A DNA stretch of 64,000 nt. It comes from a virus. Shown piece after piece: positions 26,001-33,542 of the stretch; within the stretch, counting starts at the first letter, position 1, and each line of letters begins with the position of its first letter. The stretch spans positions 46,858-110,857 of the IMG/VR virus record IMGVR_UViG_3300011113_000257; one strand, given 5' to 3'. The notes beneath the pieces were generated by a model, which saw nothing but the letters and a program-made list of their open reading frames with translations, had not been told where the DNA came from and made no database searches. Both the position numbers and the translations under genes were made by a program.

Positions 26001-26087
26001 AGTTAAATCGTATCATACCTTCCTGACAAACGCAAATCCCCTGCGAGTTACAAGGTCTAAACTACTTTTTATGATACCGTTTACTCT

Positions 26088-27164
26088 ATGCCTGAAGTAT
26101 CAATACCAAAGAGTGTACCAACTGCTGATGACTTATTTGGTGCAAAGACGAAACAACTTGCGCGTTTCTGCGAAGAACCAGCGTGGTCTGCCTATAACCC
26201 GTCTATTTGCTACACCGAAGAGCATGGCTACTTGGTACTCCTACGCTCCTCAAACGGCTGGCTACGCGACCACAGACCAGAGTGGCAAGTAGAAACAGGT
26301 GAAGAACTTACCACCGAAGATTCTTATGAAACTCCCGGAGAATGGTATCAGGCTTCATATATTAATTCCGTTTTAGGAACAGAGAAGTATTTTAGAAATA
26401 GAATGTTTCTTGCAAGTCTAAACACAAAAACACTTAATCTTTCTTACTTGAAAGAAATAGACCTAACTCAGGCTTACGCACAAGCCCCAGCAAAACTTAT
26501 AAGAGGAATTGAAGATGGAAGACTCTACTACGACGGAGAAACGCTACGAATCTCTGCGACGGTATTTGAAATTGGGCACATTAATGTTGCTCGTATTTGT
26601 TCTGTTGAACTGGACTTAAGCGGAGATAGCCCACGCGGTGTTTCTTTTGAGATGTTTGATTCTCCTATTAATGAAGACACCGTTGAGAAAAACTGGATGC
26701 CTGTTCACAAGTCATCTATTTTTAATCCAGATGATGTTAATTTTGATTATCTCTATTCTTCAGGAAAGACTTACACGATTAAAGACCACTCCCTCAAAGA
26801 AGTTGGTGGACCAGCACCATCCGTTAGAGGTGGCTCACAACTTATCGGTTTAGAGAATGGAACTATGTTAAGCATTGTTCATCAGTGCGTTTCAGCCGAG
26901 TACATCAGATTTGCTAACCTAAGCAAGGAAGCACTATTCCGTCGTCGCTATGTTCACCGCTTTATGCAATACGACGAAAAGGGAAGAATCATTAAAGTTT
27001 CCGATATGTTTAACTTCCTAAACAAGTCAATAGAGTTTGCAGGTGGAATGGCAATCCACGAAAACAAACTGCTAGTTAGTTTCGGTGCCCTAGATTCATC
27101 AGCACACATAGCATCCATCCCCCTTAAAAACGTCTTGGCGAATCTTCGTCCTCCTCGTATTTAA
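26088..27164 (+). CDS. five-bladed beta-propeller glycosidase-like protein (GH130/GH43-like), copy 1
   Basis: YNPSI, IEDGRL, EKNWMP, RGGSQ, IEFAGG. Confidence 0.7.
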   Translation: MPEVSIPKSVPTADDLFGAKTKQLARFCEEPAWSAYNPSICYTEEHGYLVLLRSSNGWLRDHRPEWQVETGEELTTEDSYETPGEWYQASYINSVLGTEKYFRNRMFLASLNTKTLNLSYLKEIDLTQAYAQAPAKLIRGIEDGRLYYDGETLRISATVFEIGHINVARICSVELDLSGDSPRGVSFEMFDSPINEDTVEKNWMPVHKSSIFNPDDVNFDYLYSSGKTYTIKDHSLKEVGGPAPSVRGGSQLIGLENGTMLSIVHQCVSAEYIRFANLSKEALFRRRYVHRFMQYDEKGRIIKVSDMFNFLNKSIEFAGGMAIHENKLLVSFGALDSSAHIASIPLKNVLANLRPPRI

Positions 27165-27209
27165 GTCCTATGAAGTCGACAAAATCGAACTTTACATTAT
27201 AGAGGAACA

Positions 27210-27587
27210 ATGGTACTTAGCGGAGAAGACGACGACAACGAGTCTGAAAAAGATGTAGAAGATGTAATTGACTTCCTCGTTGCAACAGGTGCTTTAGAAC
27301 TCACCTCTATAGATAAAAACGGAGACCCTGTTTACAGGATTACTAGTATTTGTAAAGACTTGTTTCCCGATTTGTATTATGAACATATGAGACAAGCAGA
27401 TGACACCTCCTTTGCTTTATGGCAAAAAGGTTTACTAGAAATTGCTTTTGGTGAAGATGGTACTAACTATGTCACGATGACCGCAGAGAACTACTTAAAG
27501 TATTTAGATATTGCTGACGAGTTATCCGAAGAAGAGGAAAGCGTTATGTTTGTCTTAATAAATAAGAACATCTTGGACGCTCAGTAA
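27210..27587 (+). CDS. acidic hypothetical protein
   Basis: 125-aa ORF, SD GAGG. Confidence 0.7.
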   Translation: MVLSGEDDDNESEKDVEDVIDFLVATGALELTSIDKNGDPVYRITSICKDLFPDLYYEHMRQADDTSFALWQKGLLEIAFGEDGTNYVTMTAENYLKYLDIADELSEEEESVMFVLINKNILDAQ

Positions 27588-27590
27588 AAC

Positions 27591-27619
27591 TTGACACCAC
27601 TCTAGGCTTTTTGTAGCCT
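27591..27619 (+). promoter_or_regulatory. sigma-A-type promoter TTGACA-17-TAGCCT with no downstream CDS
   Basis: Perfect -35 and 17-bp spacer; predicted +1 (27626) is the first base of a hairpin. Confidence 0.75.
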
Positions 27620-27625
27620 ATACAT

Positions 27626-27802
27626 AGTTCTTGATGTATTAGGTGTTTTCTGCCAGTTCTACTAATACACCAAGACTTTTCGCAGAAATGTGGTTTGTTC
27701 TCCTTTCCTACATTTTTTTGGAAGCGGGTTGCTCCGCCACTTGCGAACACGGAGCATATATAAAAACCGCCCCACCGAATTTAATTCTGCGTAGGGCGGT
27801 TT
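27626..27802 (+). ncRNA. putative three-hairpin small RNA with anti-Shine-Dalgarno loop
   Basis: Stems 27626-27642/27662-27677, 27684-27693/27708-27717, 27730-27736/27750-27756; loop 2 UUUGUUCUCCUUUC; ends in a terminator. Confidence 0.65.
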
Positions 27803-27806
27803 ATTT
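27764..27806. terminator. bidirectional intrinsic terminator
   Basis: AAACCGCCC...GGGCGGTTT with A/T tails, between the sRNA and the convergent NlpC/P60 gene. Confidence 0.75.
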
Positions 27807-27814
27807 ATTAAGTT

Positions 27815-28336
27815 TTATAGTCTTCTAAACTGGATTTTCTTACTCCAGATTTTTTCAATTTTTACTACTCCACCAGGCTTCGGAGAATGTAAAACTTTTC
27901 CGTTTCCTGCGTAGATTGCGACGTGGTAAATATGACCACCTGACGAAAAGAAAAATACCAAGTCACCGACCTTAGCATCGCTACGAGCAATCTTTTTTGA
28001 CTGCTTGTATTGACCTCCAGTGGTTCTTGCTACTTCCTTACCTTTCTTCTTGTAGATGTACTGAGTAAACCCAGAACAGTCAAAACAGTTAGGACCTGTT
28101 CCACCTTTGCAGTAAGGGGTTCCTAAATACTTTAGACCAGTTTTGTATGTGGATAGAAGGTTTGCTAAAAGGCTTTGATTAGCCCTAGCCTTACTTTTTA
28201 TTTCTCCTAGACTTATATTCGACTTTACTGATAATTCATTAGCGTTGGCTTGACCCTGGGCTACTGGTGGCGATACGACCATGACGGACATAAGAAGCGC
28301 AGTAACGGTGGTCAAAACCTTGGTTCTGACTAACAT
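27815..28336 (-). CDS. secreted NlpC/P60 peptidoglycan endopeptidase
   Basis: Signal peptide; LGTPY..GG....FDCSGF, GDLVFF, HVAIY, LHS. Confidence 0.9.
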   Translation of the reverse strand: MLVRTKVLTTVTALLMSVMVVSPPVAQGQANANELSVKSNISLGEIKSKARANQSLLANLLSTYKTGLKYLGTPYCKGGTGPNCFDCSGFTQYIYKKKGKEVARTTGGQYKQSKKIARSDAKVGDLVFFFSSGGHIYHVAIYAGNGKVLHSPKPGGVVKIEKIWSKKIQFRRL

Positions 28337-28487
28337 AGGCTTTAAGTTTACCAGACTGGTATAATATTCGGCAAATCCAAACCTTACAAACCCCACTAAA
28401 ACGGTTTTTGGATTTGTCGTCTTCTAAAGTTTTTTATCCAGTGAAGTCTGAAAAAATGACTTTTCTATTATATAGAAATCAAAACTG

Positions 28488-29231
28488 TTACTTTTTCTTC
28501 TTCTTTTTACTGTTTGGGTTATATCCAAGAGCCTTTTTCTGCGTAGCAAGCCACTCATCGTAGTTTGATTCAACAACCCATACTTGCTTATGATGCCCAA
28601 ATACAGCCCCTGTATGAGCCACCATAGGGATTTTAAGAGACTGTACGCGCTCACAGAAGGTTAAATCCTCAGAGAGCCACTTGTTATCCCCAATCGGACC
28701 GTCTTGGAACCAAGCCCAATCCTCACCAAAATGCTTGCTGTACCCCTTACGGACTTCCTCAAGCACGGAACGGTGAATCATCATTGCACCAGTTCCCGCT
28801 GCATAAATCTCAACTAAGGAATTCTTTGGATAGTTGTAAAAAGGTTGAACACCTAACTCCCCACCAAGGTTCACAAAGATAAGCGGAATAGGTTCTAACT
28901 TCCCTGGCTCTGGAACACTACCTGCGAAGTAGAGTCCGCTAACAAAAGGATAAACGTCTTTGTCTGCACTGTTCACAAGTTTCTCAAAACCGTCTTGACT
29001 GATGTGCTCATCAGCATCAACCATAAACAACCAGTCATCTGTTGTTGAATCAAGAAAGTTTTTTACTTGAATGTTTCGACTTTTGGCTAATAAACCTAGC
29101 CCCTGAACACTATGAAAGTTGCCTACTCTTTTAGGATTATTCCTAATCAATTCCATTATACTATGCGCAAAGAACGCATCAACATCACCGTGGTGACACC
29201 AACTAATACATACTGTTTCGTTATCCTGCAT
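28488..29231 (-). CDS. GT-A fold (GT2-like) glycosyltransferase, leaderless
   Basis: LAKSRN, WLFMVDAD, GTGAMMIHR, SEDLTFC, HTG. Confidence 0.8.
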   Translation of the reverse strand: MQDNETVCISWCHHGDVDAFFAHSIMELIRNNPKRVGNFHSVQGLGLLAKSRNIQVKNFLDSTTDDWLFMVDADEHISQDGFEKLVNSADKDVYPFVSGLYFAGSVPEPGKLEPIPLIFVNLGGELGVQPFYNYPKNSLVEIYAAGTGAMMIHRSVLEEVRKGYSKHFGEDWAWFQDGPIGDNKWLSEDLTFCERVQSLKIPMVAHTGAVFGHHKQVWVVESNYDEWLATQKKALGYNPNSKKKKKK

Positions 29232-29289
29232 GGAAAAACAATAGCACAGTCGTCTTGTTATCTCCATCCAACAGGCGTATGATTTCCCT

Positions 29290-30390
29290 ATGACTGACGA
29301 AATATGGCACAAATTAGAACGCTCAAACTCACCCCTGACTTCTCAAGTGCAGATGGATGATGTTACAGAGAACCTAATCAAACCATTTGACTATCAGTCA
29401 GAAGGTGAAGAATCCTTCTACCCATATCTAGTCCCTCTAGATATTCCTAAGGACTTCGGTATCGGAGTCATTGTTGGAGCCTCTGGCACGGGCAAGTCGA
29501 CTCTTCTCAAATCATTTGGTAACCCAGTACATCCCGAATGGTCAGCACAATCTATCGCTTCTCACTTTGAGAGCGCAGTAGAGGCAAATGAGAAGTTCTC
29601 GGCGGCGGGTTTAATGTCCGTGCCAGACTGGGTAAAGCCTTACAGCGTCTTATCTACTGGTCAGCAATTCCGAGCAGACCTTGCTCGCTCGCTTCACGAC
29701 GGCGCAGTCATTGACGAGTTCACTTCTGTTATTGATAGAACTGTTGCCAAGGCAGCGTCTACGGCTATGTCTCGGTATGTACGCAAAAACGGAATACGCA
29801 ACATTGTTCTAGCAACCTGCCACAGAGATGTCCTTGAGTATTTAGAGCCAGACTGGGTTATTTACACAGACCGTGGCGAGTGGACTACTGGGAGGTCACT
29901 TCGGCGACCAGAACTGGACATCACGATTTATCCTTGCTCAAACGAAGTTTGGGGCTACTTCGCTAAGCACCACTATTTATCCGAATCGCTCAACAAGTCA
30001 GCACACTGCTACTTGGCATTCAGCGATGGAAAAGTAGTTGGCTTCGTTGCTTCACTGGCGTACCCCTCAGGAAGCGTACAGAACGCTTACAGAGAGCACC
30101 GCTTAGTAATCCACCCTGATTATCAGGGCTTTGGCATTGGTCCACGTCTTTCCGAAGTTATAGCCAACCACTACATTAGTAACGGCAAGCGTTACTTCTC
30201 AAAGACTTCCCACCCCCGTCTAGGTGGATACCGCGACCAGTCCCCTGTATGGAAGCCAACCTCAAAGAACCACATGAAACGAAAAGACGGACAAGACGCT
30301 ACAAAAACACGGTGGACTATTAATCCTGACCGTTGGTCTTATTCTCACGAATTCATCGGAGAGCCCGGAAAAATCGATTCTAAGATATAA
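29290..30390 (+). CDS. ABC-type ATPase fused to a Mom-like GNAT acetyltransferase
   Basis: GASGTGKST, LSTGQ, IDEFTS, TCH; C-terminal HHYLS, HRLVIHPDYQGFGIG, TSHP. Confidence 0.85.
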   Translation: MTDEIWHKLERSNSPLTSQVQMDDVTENLIKPFDYQSEGEESFYPYLVPLDIPKDFGIGVIVGASGTGKSTLLKSFGNPVHPEWSAQSIASHFESAVEANEKFSAAGLMSVPDWVKPYSVLSTGQQFRADLARSLHDGAVIDEFTSVIDRTVAKAASTAMSRYVRKNGIRNIVLATCHRDVLEYLEPDWVIYTDRGEWTTGRSLRRPELDITIYPCSNEVWGYFAKHHYLSESLNKSAHCYLAFSDGKVVGFVASLAYPSGSVQNAYREHRLVIHPDYQGFGIGPRLSEVIANHYISNGKRYFSKTSHPRLGGYRDQSPVWKPTSKNHMKRKDGQDATKTRWTINPDRWSYSHEFIGEPGKIDSKI

Positions 30391-30402
30391 TAAGTACAAT
30401 TA

Positions 30403-30498
30403 TTTATGTGCTTATACACATAAAGTTATCCACAGGCTAAAAGTGGCGTGTTTGATGGCTTATGGACATAACCATCGTATACACTTAAACTTAAGTGT
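30403..30498. promoter_or_regulatory. DnaA box (30426-30434) embedded in three inverted repeats
   Basis: TTATCCACA; IRs at 30403-30424, 30454-30476, 30481-30498. Confidence 0.6.
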
Positions 30499-30531
30499 TT
30501 ACGTTTTATTGCCTAAGAAAGGGCGCAAACA

Positions 30532-30807
30532 ATGGATATTAATTGGAGATTACCGTTTGAAATCTTAGCCGAACTGTTTTTGTTCGTTTTAGGGTGGACT
30601 TTAGTTGCAGTAATGGCTTTTATTACATTTGCAATTGTTCTTGGTTTAGCAAAAGGAACTAAGCAAGTCATTGTTGGAAGTAGAAAAGAAAAGAAAGCAA
30701 AGGTAGAAGAAGAAGAACCTATTCAACCTATGCTTGGTGTTATTGAGCCCCCAGACAATCTAACTAATCTCCAACTCAAAAGACTCTTTGAGCGTGGAGC
30801 AGACTAA
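30532..30807 (+). CDS. membrane protein
   Basis: Long N-terminal hydrophobic segment. Confidence 0.7.
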   Translation: MDINWRLPFEILAELFLFVLGWTLVAVMAFITFAIVLGLAKGTKQVIVGSRKEKKAKVEEEEPIQPMLGVIEPPDNLTNLQLKRLFERGAD

Positions 30808-31195
30808 CCGACCTTCGTGGGATAACTACTACTTAGATATTGCTAAGGCTGTCTCGGCAAGAGGCGATTGCATTCGCGCTCAACACGGAGCAGTAATTGT
30901 AAAAGACCACAAGATTGTATCCACTGGATATAATGGAACTCCAGCAGGGGATGAACGCTCCTGCGGTGCTACAGGTCAATGCCCAAGGGCTCTTGATTAC
31001 TCGTCGGAACACTCAAAGGGTCAATATGACCTATGTTGGAGTACCCACGCAGAGTCAAACGCGCTTCTACGGGCTTCCTGGAGCGACCTTCAGAACGCAA
31101 CTATCTATATAACTGGTCAACCTTGCCCCGGTTGCTCAAAACTAATCGCATCATCAGGAGTAAGCAGAGTCATATGGGAAAGAGACCAACAATAA
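30788..31195 (+). CDS. dCMP deaminase
   Basis: RPSWDNYY, GYNG.P.G, HAESN, PCPGC. Confidence 0.9.
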   Translation: MSVEQTNRPSWDNYYLDIAKAVSARGDCIRAQHGAVIVKDHKIVSTGYNGTPAGDERSCGATGQCPRALDYSSEHSKGQYDLCWSTHAESNALLRASWSDLQNATIYITGQPCPGCSKLIASSGVSRVIWERDQQ

Positions 31196-31899
31196 TGGAT
31201 GCCACATTCAGTTCAGAAATGACAGTAGAACTTGTCAAGCACAGCGCTTCTGATTCAGACATTGCTTTCGCTGCCAGAGTCTCTACCCAAGGTGAGCGCT
31301 CTAAAGAAACCACCATGGGAGAGATTGGTGGTCTGATTAACTTTCTAATGCGCGAGAGACACGGCTCCCCATTCGAGCACTCTACGATGACTTTCTATGT
31401 CAAGGCTCCAATCTTTGTTTGGCGTGAGCATATGCGTCATCGCATGGCAAGTTACAACGAAGAATCAGGACGCTACAAGACACTAGAGCCACACTTCTAT
31501 GTTCCAGACAAAGACCGTAAGTTAGTCCAGATTGGAAAGACTGGCTCTTACACATTTGAAGAGGGAACTCTTATGCAATACGGAAGCGTGCTTGCTGGAT
31601 ATCTTAAAGGCTCTAAGGCTTCATACGAAGCGTACTTAAAGATGCTTGAGTCTGGTATTGCTAAAGAAGTTGCTCGCGGAGTTCTACCAGTGAATATTTA
31701 CTCCAGTGCTTATGTAACTATGAATGCTCGTGCGCTTATGAACTTTCTTAGTCTGCGTAAGTCTGACCCTGAATCGCACTTTCCTTCCTACCCCCAGCGA
31801 GAGATTGAGATGGTTGCGGAGCAGTACGAAGAAATCTTTAAAACTTTGATGCCACTTACCTACAATGCTTTTGTTAAGAATGGAAGAGTTGCACCTTGA
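31195..31899 (+). CDS. thyX: flavin-dependent thymidylate synthase
   Basis: HGSPFEH, RHRMASYNEESGRY, KEVARGVLP; start re-called at MDATFS (TAATG). Confidence 0.95.
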   Translation: MDATFSSEMTVELVKHSASDSDIAFAARVSTQGERSKETTMGEIGGLINFLMRERHGSPFEHSTMTFYVKAPIFVWREHMRHRMASYNEESGRYKTLEPHFYVPDKDRKLVQIGKTGSYTFEEGTLMQYGSVLAGYLKGSKASYEAYLKMLESGIAKEVARGVLPVNIYSSAYVTMNARALMNFLSLRKSDPESHFPSYPQREIEMVAEQYEEIFKTLMPLTYNAFVKNGRVAP

Positions 31900-32825
31900 C
31901 TTATCCAACCATCTCAGACTTAGGCGGTGAGGCTCACCTTATTCGCAGGTACGCCATGCCTCCTAATAAGAGTTGGAGCGCGTTCAATCCATCGATAGTA
32001 CTTTCTAATGAAGGAGAGTATTGGATTGCATTCAGAGCAAGTAACTATATTTTTTCTGACACAAGAATATCTGTAAAACTTACAGCAGGTAATAGAGTAC
32101 GAAACAAGATGTTTATTGTTCGTCTCAAGGATGACTGGTCGTTTGATGAAGAGACCCTAAAAGAAATTACTGTAACTAATGTTAGAGACAACATCATTAG
32201 AGGGTTAGAAGACCCAAGACTTTTCTGGGATGGAACAAGTTATTGTATTAGTTCTACCTATCTAGAAAAAGATAATCCAATAGCAAGAATTTCAAAGATA
32301 AGAATTAAATCTTTAGAAGACCCTGAAGTTTTATCTATAGAAATCTACCCGTCTCCCAAAAATCAAATTGAGAAAAACTGGATGCCAGTACAAGATACAG
32401 AATCTTTTATCTATGATTACTGTTCCGTGGTTACTAATGGACAGGTCATACAGCACAGCGTAAATAAGAAGTACGAAACATTTAGAGGTGGTACTCAGGT
32501 AATACCGCTCGGAGACGGAACAAGTATTGCACTTATTCACGAAATCTACTCGGTAGTCGTTAGAGCAGTCAATCCAACAACTTTTTCATCTACAACAAAT
32601 GTAAGAAACTATAGTCATAAATTTGTTAGATACAACAAAGACTTAAAACCAATTCAGTGCTCAGAAGACTTTATCTTTGTAAAAGAAGGAATTGAGTTTG
32701 CTTCTGGCATAGCGCCTATAAAAGATGGATTTGTTATTAGTTTAGGCAGGTCAGATTTGGCTTCGTATGTGGCAACCATAAGTAAAGAAAATGTACTAGC
32801 AACACTTAAGGATTTAGATGTCTAA
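31896..32825 (+). CDS. beta-propeller glycosidase-like protein, copy 2
   Basis: FNPSI, LEDPRL, EKNWMP, RGGTQ, IEFASG. Confidence 0.7.
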   Translation: MTYPTISDLGGEAHLIRRYAMPPNKSWSAFNPSIVLSNEGEYWIAFRASNYIFSDTRISVKLTAGNRVRNKMFIVRLKDDWSFDEETLKEITVTNVRDNIIRGLEDPRLFWDGTSYCISSTYLEKDNPIARISKIRIKSLEDPEVLSIEIYPSPKNQIEKNWMPVQDTESFIYDYCSVVTNGQVIQHSVNKKYETFRGGTQVIPLGDGTSIALIHEIYSVVVRAVNPTTFSSTTNVRNYSHKFVRYNKDLKPIQCSEDFIFVKEGIEFASGIAPIKDGFVISLGRSDLASYVATISKENVLATLKDLDV

Positions 32826-33480
32826 CGGAATTGCTTATTTATATGCTCGCGTCTCTACCCAGATTCAGGTAAACGACGGAGTAAGTCTCGATGCTCAAGT
32901 TAGACAAATGGAGTATGCAGCACTTGCAGCGGACTATGAACCCGTTGTTTTAAGAGAAGAAGGGCGCTCAGGTAAAAGTATTCAGGGTCGTCCAGTACTA
33001 CGAAACGCGCTAGATGACCTAGACGCAGGAAGGGCTCAGGCTATTTATGTCACAAGACTCGATAGATTGGCGCGTTCGACTAAGGACTTTCTTTCAATTG
33101 TTGACCGTTCACATAAATACGGTTGGCGTTTGGCTTTACTTGATTTGGGGCTTGATACTGCTACGCATCAGGGAAGGTTTGTTGTTACGATTATGGCGGC
33201 GATGGCGGAAATGGAACGCGGAATGATTTCTGAGCGTCAAAAAGATGTACATAGAGACCGAAGAAGTAGTGGAAAGAAGTGGGGGATTGACTTAGGACCA
33301 CTGCCAGATATTGAACAAAACATAAGAGAACGCATTTATAAAGAAAGAAATTTAGGACTTTCTTATCAGTTGATAGCAGACGGATTAAATGCAGAAAGCA
33401 TACCAACTGCGCATGGTGGAGAGAAATGGTACGCAGCAACAGTAAGAAATTCTTATTTAGCGTACAAAAAAACAATGTAA
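32818..33480 (+). CDS. serine recombinase (resolvase/invertase family)
   Basis: YARVST, SG, RP, RLDRLARS, AEMER..ISER; C-terminal HTH-like SYQLIADGLN. Confidence 0.9.
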   Translation: MSNGIAYLYARVSTQIQVNDGVSLDAQVRQMEYAALAADYEPVVLREEGRSGKSIQGRPVLRNALDDLDAGRAQAIYVTRLDRLARSTKDFLSIVDRSHKYGWRLALLDLGLDTATHQGRFVVTIMAAMAEMERGMISERQKDVHRDRRSSGKKWGIDLGPLPDIEQNIRERIYKERNLGLSYQLIADGLNAESIPTAHGGEKWYAATVRNSYLAYKKTM

Positions 33481-33542
33481 AATAAGAACAAGGTTCGCGC
33501 TGACACACGAATTAATATTCTGCCCTTGCTGGAGGGGTTACT

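Noticed and set aside
27643-27828. 61-aa plus-strand ORF (and 27544..27750 minus) over the putative sRNA
   Set aside because: GTG start sits inside a hairpin loop with no SD and is not at the leaderless position; the frame runs through the terminator; no recognisable protein features
28337-28440. c-di-AMP (ydaO) riboswitch upstream of the NlpC/P60 gene
   Set aside because: A -10 (TAAACT) lies only 8 nt before the ATG, leaving no room, and no ydaO-like motifs were seen
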